A DNA stretch of 64,000 bases from Myxococcota bacterium. Its GTDB lineage: Bacteria; Myxococcota_A; UBA9160; UBA4427. The position numbers were made by a program, and so were the translations under genes. How positions within the stretch are numbered: position 1 is the stretch's first letter; every line of letters starts with the position of its first letter. The DNA is taken from assembly GCA_041690055.1 (NCBI GenBank), contig JBDNFB010000015.1, forward strand, positions 645 through 64,644. The letters are read 5' to 3'. Below, piece after piece: positions 8,767 through 17,508 of the stretch. A model generated the notes under the pieces. That model worked only from the letters and a program-made list of their open reading frames with translations, was not told where the DNA came from and searched no databases.

Positions 8767-9750
8767 TTGGTGTCTCGTCTGAAACACATCGCTTACCGAC
8801 ATGTCCTTCCCTTAGTGATCTCGGGAGCGGCGCTGATCTACGTCTTCGGTTACGCGATCGACTGGGAGGCGATTCCCGAAGCGACCGAGCGCGCCAATAT
8901 GCCGCTTTTTATCGGGATCACAATTCTCGACAAGATCGTCTTCTTCCTCGTTTGGTGTCTCGTACAAGCCTCAATGATCCGCCGTTTTCTTTCGCCTGTG
9001 CCGCGGCGACAAATCATTGCCGTCAAAGGCGGCGCTGAGCTGGCAAGAGCGCTCAATAATTCGATCTCGGATGCCGCTTTCTTCTTGGGCATCTGGCAGC
9101 TCTGCAACGCGCCGCTTCAGGCCGTCGTCGCCGTGACGACGCTGCCTTTCGTTGCCCATTTTCTGGTTCTGCTCTTTCAGGGGTCGATCGCTCTGGCTTT
9201 CGTCGATCCCAACCTTGTTCAGTTCTCCGCCGTTGCCGGCGCGGTCGCCGTCGGCTGGATTCTGGTCGCTGCCTTTTTCGTGGCTCGGTCTATCGGGGCT
9301 ACGGATCGCCTCTACAAGTTCATGCGCCTCGATTGGCTTGAGGGCCGCGTCGAGCTTCGCGACCTGCTCCCTTACCTTTGGATCTTCGCTGCCTTCGCCT
9401 GCGCCGACATTCTGATCCAGGGCATGGCCACCCGCGCATTCGGCAATCCGATTGACTGGATCGCCATGACCTCAGGAATCCCCGTGCTCTATCTCGCAAT
9501 GCTGCTTCCCTCCTTCGCGAATTTCGGCACGCGCGAAATCGTCTGGGCCAACGTCTTTCACGGATATGGGGACGAAGCTTCGCTCTACGCCTTCGCGCTT
9601 TGGACGAATGTCATTTTCCTGATCATGCATGTCCTCATCGGGATACTTTTTCTGAAACGTGCAGTGGCCTTACTGATGGATCTCCGGCGAACGAGATCGA
9701 CGGTGGACGGGGTTCGGACGCCGATCCTTCGGGATGCGCTCGACCCCTGA
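8767..9750 (+). CDS. multi-pass membrane protein, lysylphosphatidylglycerol-synthase-TM/flippase-like (UPF0104-like)
   Basis: About 8 hydrophobic helices. The N-terminus is similar to flippase-like domain proteins. The family call is from memory only. Confidence 0.55.
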   Translation: MVSRLKHIAYRHVLPLVISGAALIYVFGYAIDWEAIPEATERANMPLFIGITILDKIVFFLVWCLVQASMIRRFLSPVPRRQIIAVKGGAELARALNNSISDAAFFLGIWQLCNAPLQAVVAVTTLPFVAHFLVLLFQGSIALAFVDPNLVQFSAVAGAVAVGWILVAAFFVARSIGATDRLYKFMRLDWLEGRVELRDLLPYLWIFAAFACADILIQGMATRAFGNPIDWIAMTSGIPVLYLAMLLPSFANFGTREIVWANVFHGYGDEASLYAFALWTNVIFLIMHVLIGILFLKRAVALLMDLRRTRSTVDGVRTPILRDALDP

Positions 9751-9805
9751 GCCCGGCCGTCGTCGAGAGCACGGACACGCCTTAAGAGATCTCGTCTGTC
9801 TCCGT

Positions 9806-10783
9806 TTACTCGGAGTCGGCCGGCTCCCCTGGAACCCCCGCGACAGGAACAGAGTTGTGCGCATTTTCTGAAACATCAACAGACACATCAACAGACACAT
9901 CAACAGGCACTTCAGCAGGCATAGGAACGGACGAGGCAGGAAGAGCTTTCCGCACGATCACTTCGACTTCGGGCCCACTTTCCGCGATGCCGCTGAGTTT
10001 TCGCACTCGCTCAAAGAGAGCGAATACATCTCCATGCAGATCTTCTCGGCGCATCGCCCGCGCGATCTCGCCCGCCTTTACCTCGGTACCCAAGACCTCA
10101 GCCAATGCCCCGTTGGCGCCGAGGATCCGCTTGGCGTGGATCGAGCCTTCTCCTAAGCCGCCAGAATCAGCTGCAGAGGAGCCCCGCGAGGCCTCTACAG
10201 CTTCCTGGTGTCGGATTAAGTCCTCAACACGCCTGTCTTCGAGATCCAAACTAAGTACCCGCCTAATTACGTCCGGAACTAATAAATAGCTCTCGATGTG
10301 GCGCAGGCTCCATACAAAGACCTCTAGACCCTCTCGAGACGCCGCAGATCGCACCTCATCGTGGTCAGAATGACCATGGTCATCTCGGTCCAGAACAATC
10401 AGCCCCGAAATGCCCGCTTTCTTACCACCGCGCTTTCGGAAATCCGCAATCGCACGCGCGGGCTGCTTGCCGCCGAGGATCACGGTCTTTTCTTCGATGC
10501 ATCGAGCGAGTGCAGGATCGAGTCGCTTCGCCCAGTACCCAAGGATCTCGAGATCCCGTGGTCCCTCGACGTAGAGAACGAAAGCGCCCCGCTCCTGTTC
10601 AGATTCACCGCGCGAACCCCCGCGAGAAGCCCGAGCCACTCCGCGGGCGCGGGCAGAGGCAGGGGCCTTGGTAACTGCATTGGTAACGGGATTGGTAGCG
10701 GCATTGGTAGCGGCATTGGTAGCGGCGGAACCCGAGTCGGCGTTTCGACGAGGCTTCCCGCGCTTCAGATCTCTTCGAAACAA
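9806..10783 (-). CDS. Toprim-like / DUF4435 (AriB-like) domain protein with repeat-encoded low-complexity termini
   Basis: Core motifs FVLYVEGPRD (E-G-x-x-D), LIVLDRDDHG (DxD) and HIESYLLVP. The N-terminal (ATNA)n and C-terminal (VDVS)n tracts come from 12-bp repeats. Confidence 0.6.
   Translation of the reverse strand: MFRRDLKRGKPRRNADSGSAATNAATNAATNPVTNAVTKAPASARARGVARASRGGSRGESEQERGAFVLYVEGPRDLEILGYWAKRLDPALARCIEEKTVILGGKQPARAIADFRKRGGKKAGISGLIVLDRDDHGHSDHDEVRSAASREGLEVFVWSLRHIESYLLVPDVIRRVLSLDLEDRRVEDLIRHQEAVEASRGSSAADSGGLGEGSIHAKRILGANGALAEVLGTEVKAGEIARAMRREDLHGDVFALFERVRKLSGIAESGPEVEVIVRKALPASSVPMPAEVPVDVSVDVSVDVSENAHNSVPVAGVPGEPADSE
9874..9921. repeat. 12-bp tandem repeat CATCAACAGACA x4 (2 perfect, 2 degenerate)
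   Basis: Read directly from the sequence. It encodes the C-terminal VDVSVDVSVDVS tract of the 9806-10783 ORF. Confidence 0.9.
10668..10727. repeat. 12-bp tandem repeat TTGGTAGCGGCA-like x5
   Basis: Read directly from the sequence. It encodes the N-terminal ATNAATNAATNPVTNAVT tract of the same ORF. Confidence 0.9.
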
Positions 10784-10993
10784 TTCCTGAGCCTTTCCGC
10801 TCTGACCTATAGCTTTGACCCATCAAAGAACTCGGCGAGGAAGTTAGTCGCGACCTGCGACGGTGTCATATTCTTGCACCTCACGTTCCCACATGTGAGC
10901 GAAATCGAAACACAATCGCATATCTGAAACGCTGGCCTTCGAATCGGTTCAGTGCGATTGAACCGGCCATGGCATATCCGTTAAGATCTTCGG

Positions 10994-11635
10994 ATGATTT
11001 CGATCGTAATCGCTGATGACCACGGCATTGTCCGAGAGGGGATCCGTCGGCTTCTCGAATCGGAGTCCAATCTCGAAGTATGCAGCGAGGCTTCGGACGG
11101 ACGCGAAGTCCTCGAACAAGCTGCCATCCATCGCCCAGACATTGTCGTGCTCGACATCACTATGCCCCGACTCGGAGGGCTTGAGACTCTGGAGCGACTG
11201 CGCGCGGATCACAAAGACACGAAAGTTATTTTACTTTCTGTGCATAGTGACCCGCCCTTCATCCAAAGCGCGATCGCTCTCGGTGCCGATGGCTACGTGC
11301 TCAAGAATGGACGAGCGGACGAAATCGTGACGGCCATCCAAGAAGTCATGAAAGGCGGCAGCTATTTCAGTCCCGCCGTCGCACGCGAAATCGTCCTGCA
11401 GCTCCGCTCGCCTAACAATCGCTCCGAGAACCCCTTCGACGTGCTCTCCGGACGCGAACGCGAGGTGCTGCATCTTATCGCCGAAGGACTCTCTGCCAAA
11501 GAAGTCGCAGTAGAGCTATCGATCAGCACGAAAACGGTTGAGGCACATCGCACGAGCCTGATGCGCAAGATAGGCGTTCGCAAAGCGACTGAGCTCGTTC
11601 GCTACGCGATCAAACACGGCTTGATCCAGGTGTAA
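10994..11635 (+). CDS. NarL/FixJ (LuxR-type HTH) response regulator
   Basis: Receiver domain (IADDH.., VVLDITMP) plus a C-terminal LuxR HTH LSGREREVLHLIAEGLSAKEVAVELSISTKTVEAHR. Confidence 0.9.
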   Translation: MISIVIADDHGIVREGIRRLLESESNLEVCSEASDGREVLEQAAIHRPDIVVLDITMPRLGGLETLERLRADHKDTKVILLSVHSDPPFIQSAIALGADGYVLKNGRADEIVTAIQEVMKGGSYFSPAVAREIVLQLRSPNNRSENPFDVLSGREREVLHLIAEGLSAKEVAVELSISTKTVEAHRTSLMRKIGVRKATELVRYAIKHGLIQV

Positions 11636-11739
11636 CCCCTCCCTGCCCGCACCCGACCGGGCCCCTTCTCGGGGCCGCGCCAGTTAGCGCGTCAGTCAGT
11701 GCGTTCGCGACTGCGCCGATCAGCGCACCCAAAAGCGCA

Positions 11740-13200
11740 CTAGTCGACGCGCTCGAGTCGAGACACAATTTCGACGTGGGGCGTCTGTGGGAAGAGATCA
11801 AAGGCCTGCACGTGCTCAAGCCGATAGGCGCTCTCAACCAGGGCGCCGACATCCCGGGCCCACGTCCCCGCATCGCAAGACACGTAGATCAGTCGCTTGG
11901 GGCCGGAAGATACGATCGCCTCCCGCACTTTCCCCTCAAGACCCGTTCTCGGCGGATCAACGACGAGGAGCTCCGCGCGGGCGAAGCGTTGCGCAAGATC
12001 CCCCCTATTCTCAACGCGAGCAGTCACGACGTCCACTTGCTTAGAGAGCCCGTTCTCAGCCAGATTAAAAGTGAGGTCGGCGGTCGCCGAGGACTCGCTC
12101 TCGATCGCCACGCCTGAGAGACCTTCCCTCGCCAGAGGCAACGTAAAAAATCCGATACCGGCATACAGCTCGACGAAGCGGGCGGGCTTGGGATCGCATA
12201 GTGCTTCGTTCCGCACAGCTTTAGCGAACGCATCCCAAAGCAAAGCGTTTCCCTGAACGAAACTCTCGGTGCGAGCGCGCAGCCTCTCCCCGAGAACGTT
12301 GAGAAGCACGCTCTCTGCAGACGACGACGTTGAGGGCAGCTGCGAGGGCGAAACTGAAGGCGAACCCGGCTGCGTTGGCGAAGCAGCCTCTTTGTTTTCG
12401 CGAGGCTTTCCCGACGAACGGCGCGCGCCCTTACCGCGGCCACGAGAGGCACCTTTCTGCTGCACGAGCGTATCCCCTTTGGACCCCGCCGTCAGAATCC
12501 ACTCGTTCGCGGGGCGCCGACGACCCGGCTTTTCGGCATCGCCCTCGGCCGGCCCGTCTTTTTTCCTGGCCGCAATCAAGTTCGCGTTCAGGTCGACAAG
12601 GGCCCGCTGTGCGCTCGGGACCAGAATCGGGCATTCGGAAATCGGGAACACATGACGCCCGCCGCGCATTCGGTACCCCACGCCGCCTTCGCTTTCGACG
12701 ACCCGCGCGCGCGCGCGGTATCCATAGGCGCTGGGCGAGCCTTCAATTTCAATCTCGGACGCGTGATCGATGCCGCCGATTCGAGCGAGTGCGTTCCGGA
12801 CGATCTCTTGCTTAGCTTCGAGCTGGACGGGGTAACGCACATGCTGCCAGACACATCCGCCGCAGCGCCCAAAATGCCCGCATTCCGGTTCGACGCGCGC
12901 GTCGCTTGCCTCAATCAGCCGTCCCACCTTGCCTCGCGCCATCTTCTTTCGCGATTCCAGTTCAGCCACTTCAACGAGATCGCCGGGAACAGCGCTCTCG
13001 ATGAACACGACACGGCCGTCTGAGAGTCGGCCGACACCCTCACCACCCGAAGCCCAGCCTGTAATGCGCACCGGCGGAAACATCTCGCCAGGCGCCGTAG
13101 CCACGTCTCCCTCAGCCCCCTCTTCCCCATTCGGCGGGGTCTGCGGCGTTGTGTCGTCCTGGTTCGAAGAGGTCAAGAGCTGCTCCGTGCTCCCCGGCAT
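11740..13200 (-). CDS. rlmD: 23S rRNA (uracil-5)-methyltransferase RlmD/RumA family (TRAM + Fe-S + SAM MTase) with a low-complexity insertion
   Basis: TRAM-like N-terminus, CGHFGRCGGCVWQH cluster, and MTase motifs ELYAGIGFFTL and VVDPPRTG. There is an insertion of about 50 aa that is Arg/Gly/Ser/Pro-rich. Confidence 0.8.
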   Translation of the reverse strand: MPGSTEQLLTSSNQDDTTPQTPPNGEEGAEGDVATAPGEMFPPVRITGWASGGEGVGRLSDGRVVFIESAVPGDLVEVAELESRKKMARGKVGRLIEASDARVEPECGHFGRCGGCVWQHVRYPVQLEAKQEIVRNALARIGGIDHASEIEIEGSPSAYGYRARARVVESEGGVGYRMRGGRHVFPISECPILVPSAQRALVDLNANLIAARKKDGPAEGDAEKPGRRRPANEWILTAGSKGDTLVQQKGASRGRGKGARRSSGKPRENKEAASPTQPGSPSVSPSQLPSTSSSAESVLLNVLGERLRARTESFVQGNALLWDAFAKAVRNEALCDPKPARFVELYAGIGFFTLPLAREGLSGVAIESESSATADLTFNLAENGLSKQVDVVTARVENRGDLAQRFARAELLVVDPPRTGLEGKVREAIVSSGPKRLIYVSCDAGTWARDVGALVESAYRLEHVQAFDLFPQTPHVEIVSRLERVD

Positions 13201-13272
13201 GGGGCCGGCCGGATCCTATGGCTTTGCGGTACGCCGATCCAGTCATCCCCTCATTCAGGCTATATTGCGCCG

Positions 13273-14286
13273 ATGCGAGCCAGCGCCACTCCTTCAGGGC
13301 CAAACGGTCAGCGGACCTTCTCGCGAGGGCGAACATGGCGATCAGTTGCGATCGCCCTGGCGCTCTCGGGCCTTTTGGCATGCAGCGACTCTCCTCCTCC
13401 GCAGGGAGCGCTGGGCTGTGACGGGCGGCCCATTCGAATGGGCGTCGCATCGAGCCTCCGTGAGATCGCTGAAGGCCTCACGGCACGGCTCACTCAGGAA
13501 ACGTCGAAGATCCGAATCGAGCCGATCTTTGGCGCCTCCAGCACACACGCTCGACAGCTCCGACTCGGTGCCCCCTTCGACGTGCTCATCTCCGCAGATG
13601 CTGATCTGATGGAAGCACTCGCAGAAGACGGCTGGATCGAACGCGCATCGATCCGCGAAATCGCCCGCGGAAAGCTCATCCTGATCGGCCGAGCCTCGCT
13701 TCGCCCCTCCGACTTCGAGCCGCTCAACACGCCCGACGCGTCGGCCTCCACAAGCGGACTCCAAAACCAGCGCACGCAATCCGCGGCGATCTTTTCAAGG
13801 AAAGCTGTGAAGCGCGTCGCCGTCCCTTCCGAAGTCGTTCCTCTGGGACGTTATGCAAAGGCGTGGCTGCGGGCGCAAAATCTACTTGAGCCGCTTGAGG
13901 GGAAACTCGTCACGACCGAACATGCACGCGCCAACCTGAGCGCGGTTGAGGCAGGTCACGTCGACCTCGCCTTTGGCTATGCCAGCGACCGCAGGCTCCT
14001 CCGAGACGCGCAGTTCCTGACCGAGCTCGACGCCCGCCACTATCCGCCGATTCGTTATGTTGCGGCGCGCACGAAGCACGCCGCGAAATGCGTGAGCGCG
14101 CAGACAGTCCTCACGGCCTGGTCCCAACCCGCGACGCGGCGCGCGCTCGCCGAAGCGGGCTTTTCTCCGGCGCAAATGGAGGTGCCCACCACGGCGAGAC
14201 CAATTGAGGCGGCAAGTGCGACACGCCCCGAGAGGATCACTGCCTCGAGCGCGGCCGGTCTCGAAGAAGGAGGCGGGCGGTCATGA
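13273..14286 (+). CDS. modA: molybdate/tungstate ABC transporter substrate-binding lipoprotein
   Basis: Lipobox LSGLLAC. ModA-type motif IFGASSTHARQLRLGAPFDVLISAD. 4-nt overlap with modB. Confidence 0.8.
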   Translation: MRASATPSGPNGQRTFSRGRTWRSVAIALALSGLLACSDSPPPQGALGCDGRPIRMGVASSLREIAEGLTARLTQETSKIRIEPIFGASSTHARQLRLGAPFDVLISADADLMEALAEDGWIERASIREIARGKLILIGRASLRPSDFEPLNTPDASASTSGLQNQRTQSAAIFSRKAVKRVAVPSEVVPLGRYAKAWLRAQNLLEPLEGKLVTTEHARANLSAVEAGHVDLAFGYASDRRLLRDAQFLTELDARHYPPIRYVAARTKHAAKCVSAQTVLTAWSQPATRRALAEAGFSPAQMEVPTTARPIEAASATRPERITASSAAGLEEGGGRS

Positions 14287-14945
14287 GCGATGCCCTGCCG
14301 ATTCTCGGCCTCACCCTCCGCGTAGGCCTCCTGTCGACGCTCATTTGCCTGCCCTTCGCGATTGGATTGGGCTATGGCCTAGCACGCGGGCATCTCCCCT
14401 TCCCCAGTCTCTTGCGAGCGTTATTTTCTTTGCCGATGGTGATGCCACCGGTCGCCGTGGGACTGCTGCTCCTATGGTGGCTCGGGGGTTCGAGTCCGCT
14501 TGCGCCGCTCTGGTCCACACTTGGCATTGAGCTCGTTTTCACCCCTGCGGCCGCGGTGATGGCCGCGGCGATCGTCGGATTCCCCCTCCTCCTACGCAGC
14601 GCCGAACAGAGCTTCTCCGAGGTCGACCCGCGTTACGAAGAGATGTCCGCGACGTTAGGCGCGTCTCGCCTCGTCACTTTCTTTCGGGTCAGCCTTCCGC
14701 TCGCCCGTCGCGGAATACTGTACGGCTCTCTCCTCTGCTTCACGCGAGCGTTAGGAGAGTTTGGCGCGACGGCCGTTGTCGCAGGCATCATTCCGGGGCG
14801 CACTGAAACGCTCTCCCTTGCGATCTGGTCGCGACTTCAACTCGGCGATGATGCCAGCGCAGCACAGCTCGTCGGCCTCTCGTTCTGCGTCGCGCTGGTC
14901 AGCATGATCGCGGCTGAGCGTTACCTCGGGAGTACGAGAGGATGA
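14283..14945 (+). CDS. modB: molybdate ABC transporter permease
   Basis: ModB-like multi-pass protein with EAA-loop region SATLGASRLVTFFRVSLPLARRG. Overlapping start/stop codons with its neighbours. Confidence 0.85.
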   Translation: MSDALPILGLTLRVGLLSTLICLPFAIGLGYGLARGHLPFPSLLRALFSLPMVMPPVAVGLLLLWWLGGSSPLAPLWSTLGIELVFTPAAAVMAAAIVGFPLLLRSAEQSFSEVDPRYEEMSATLGASRLVTFFRVSLPLARRGILYGSLLCFTRALGEFGATAVVAGIIPGRTETLSLAIWSRLQLGDDASAAQLVGLSFCVALVSMIAAERYLGSTRG

Positions 14946-16027
14946 GCGCCGCTCCGAAGATCGAGACAGGATCGCTCCTTGCGGCCCGGATGGAACGCGG
15001 CGGAGCAACGATCGATGTGCACATCGAATGGAACGCGCCGACGCTCGTTCTCTTCGGCGCAAGCGGGGCGGGCAAGACGACGCTCTTGCGCGTCATCCTC
15101 GGGCTTGAGCCTTGGGCCCAGGCCCGCGTTCGACTCGGCGGCGAATGGCTTGAAGACGCAACGAACGGCCTGCGCCTACCCGTCCACGCTCGGCGGCTCG
15201 GATGGGTCCCACAATCGCCAACGCTCTTCCCCGACCGCAACGTGGAACGCAATATCCGTTTCGGAGCACAGGGCCCCACATCCGAACCCCATATTCAGCA
15301 GGCCATTGACGTATTGGAACTCGGAGGACTCCTCAAGCGATCCGTCTCGAGCCTTTCCGGCGGCGAGCAAGGGCGGGTGGCTTTGGCACGCGCCATTGCC
15401 AGAAAACCGAGAGCCCTCCTCCTGGACGAACCGCTGGCTGCGCTCGATGTCGCGCTCCGAAGACGCATTCTTCCCTATCTCATCCGCATTCGGGAAGAGC
15501 TTGAACTGCCCATCGTGCATATCACGCACGACCCCGACGAAGCGGTTCTGCTTGGGGACGAGATCGTTGTCATGAGTGAGGGACGCGTTGTCGCGCAAGG
15601 GCAGCCTCGAGAAACGCTGTGGAGCCAGGCTGTGCATTCGCTCGAGAATGAACTCGGCGTGGAAAATCTCATCGAAGTGCGCGGCATCGACGGCGAAGCG
15701 GACGGAACCCTCGTTCGGACGGCGGGCGGCGTCGAGCTCGCCACGCCCTGGCCAGTCCCAAGAGGTGTGGATCTCTCGCTCGCGGTCCGCCCGGAAGACG
15801 TACTGATCGCGCTCGACCGCCCCCACCGGATTTCAGCGCGAAACCGACTCCCCGGCCGCATCGCGCGAATCGAGACCCACCGCGACCACGTCCTCGTCCA
15901 CGTCGCCCTGCGTGATCTGCAAATCGCTTCAAAAATCACGGCCGGTGCCGTGGCGGACCTCGCACTCGAGGTCGGGCAAGACGTCTACTTGGTCATCAAA
16001 TCCCAGGCACTTCGGCGGGTGCGCTAA
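14942..16027 (+). CDS. modC: molybdate ABC transporter ATP-binding protein with C-terminal TOBE domain
   Basis: Walker A GASGAGKTT, signature LSGGEQGRV, Walker B LLLDEPLAALD, and a C-terminal TOBE-like beta domain. Confidence 0.85.
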   Translation: MSAAPKIETGSLLAARMERGGATIDVHIEWNAPTLVLFGASGAGKTTLLRVILGLEPWAQARVRLGGEWLEDATNGLRLPVHARRLGWVPQSPTLFPDRNVERNIRFGAQGPTSEPHIQQAIDVLELGGLLKRSVSSLSGGEQGRVALARAIARKPRALLLDEPLAALDVALRRRILPYLIRIREELELPIVHITHDPDEAVLLGDEIVVMSEGRVVAQGQPRETLWSQAVHSLENELGVENLIEVRGIDGEADGTLVRTAGGVELATPWPVPRGVDLSLAVRPEDVLIALDRPHRISARNRLPGRIARIETHRDHVLVHVALRDLQIASKITAGAVADLALEVGQDVYLVIKSQALRRVR

Positions 16028-16091
16028 CGCGTTGCGCTTCGCGCGGTCCGGGCCGGCTTCGGCCGGCGCAGACACGCACTACCCCCAACCC

Positions 16092-17363
16092 TCAGTCTTC
16101 GTCGATCTCCGCGTTCGGATCTTCAGTGATCGTGACCCGCGTAATCCGACTGCCGGAGACATCAGTGCATTCGAGGATGAAACCCCGGAGACGCACGCGC
16201 TCGCCTTGGCGCGGTGCACGTTCGAGGGTGTTGAACACGAGGCCGCCGATCGTATCGCCCTTCTCCGCCGGCACCTGCCAGCCCGTCTCGCGATTGAAAT
16301 CAAGTACTTTGATGCGCCCGAGCACTTCGTAGCTTCCGCTATTCAATTTCCGAATCGTGAGCAGCTCTTCGGAGTCGAACTCATCGCGAATCTCGCCCAC
16401 GATCTCTTCAAGAATATCTTCTTGAGTCACCAGCCCCTGAGTCACGCCGAATTCGTCTTTGACGAGCGCGAGATGGCAGAAAGCGCGCTGCATTTCCGTG
16501 AGAAGTCGAAGGATCGGCTTGCGCTCGGGAACCCGGAGGACCGGCTTCAAGATACTGAAAATCTCCTTGCCATCCGCCCGAGCCAGCTTCATGAGATCCT
16601 TCAAGTGGATCACGCCTAACACATGGTCGATCGATTCTTCGTAGATCGGCACGCGGGTGTAGCGCCCTTCCAACATCTTATCGATTAGCTCGGATACCGG
16701 CGTATCCGTCGGATAGGCTTCGATCTCGGTGCGCGGCACCATGATCTCGGAGACGTCCATCTCGGCGGCATTCGAGGTCGCGCCGATGATCGCCAGAGGA
16801 GAGCCCGCATCGCCCGCGTAATCGTGCGCTTCCCTTGCCAGGCGCAGCACTTCTTCAGAACCCAGGGACTCGTCGCTGTCCACGCCCCCGGTCACGCGCC
16901 GAACAAGCGGCTCAATCGCCCGATCAAAAAAGCCATGCACCGGCCGCAGCAGCTGATGGAAAAGATAAAGCGGCAACCCGACCACACGCGACACACCACG
17001 CGGATGTCGAGCCGCGACCGCCTTCGGCAAAATTTCGCAGAAGAGCAAAACGAGCACGGTCATCACGAACGTCGCGAGCGGAATCCCTACCTCGACGCCG
17101 AACCAATAGATCGCCAGTCCGGACGCGACGGACGCGGCCAGAATATTGACGACGTTATTGCCGAGGAGAATCGTGACGAGAAGACGCGAGGAGGATGCGG
17201 TCAGATCGCGCACGGCGATATCCGCAGGCCCAACTGCCTCATTGTCGGGATCGAGGTCGTGCGATCGCAGGCGGAAGAGCGCCGTCTCACTACTGGAGAA
17301 GAACGCGGAGGCCACCAGACAAACGAGGATGATCAGCAGGGAGCCGACAATCGACATCCGCAC
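16092..17363 (-). CDS. HlyC/CorC family transporter (CNNM/DUF21 TM + CBS pair + CorC_HlyC)
   Basis: N-terminal 4-TM DUF21, a CBS pair, and a C-terminal transporter-associated domain (..GDTIGGLVFNTLERAPRQGERV..). Confidence 0.85.
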   Translation of the reverse strand: MRMSIVGSLLIILVCLVASAFFSSSETALFRLRSHDLDPDNEAVGPADIAVRDLTASSSRLLVTILLGNNVVNILAASVASGLAIYWFGVEVGIPLATFVMTVLVLLFCEILPKAVAARHPRGVSRVVGLPLYLFHQLLRPVHGFFDRAIEPLVRRVTGGVDSDESLGSEEVLRLAREAHDYAGDAGSPLAIIGATSNAAEMDVSEIMVPRTEIEAYPTDTPVSELIDKMLEGRYTRVPIYEESIDHVLGVIHLKDLMKLARADGKEIFSILKPVLRVPERKPILRLLTEMQRAFCHLALVKDEFGVTQGLVTQEDILEEIVGEIRDEFDSEELLTIRKLNSGSYEVLGRIKVLDFNRETGWQVPAEKGDTIGGLVFNTLERAPRQGERVRLRGFILECTDVSGSRITRVTITEDPNAEIDED

Positions 17364-17508
17364 ACCTCCTTCCCGTAGAGAAAATCTTGAAGCCGCAACA
17401 AGTGCGGCTTGCTTGGGTCAGGGTGTTCGGGCGGTGAACTAGAGGCTGTGGATGAATCCATGGGGTAAGCGGAAAATACCTCGCGCCCTCGGGGCGGGCA
17501 ACGTGTCC

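Noticed and set aside
15384-15400. Sigma-54-like TGGCACGCGCCATTGCC.
   Set aside because: The GG-to-GC spacing is off by one, and it lies inside the modC coding region.
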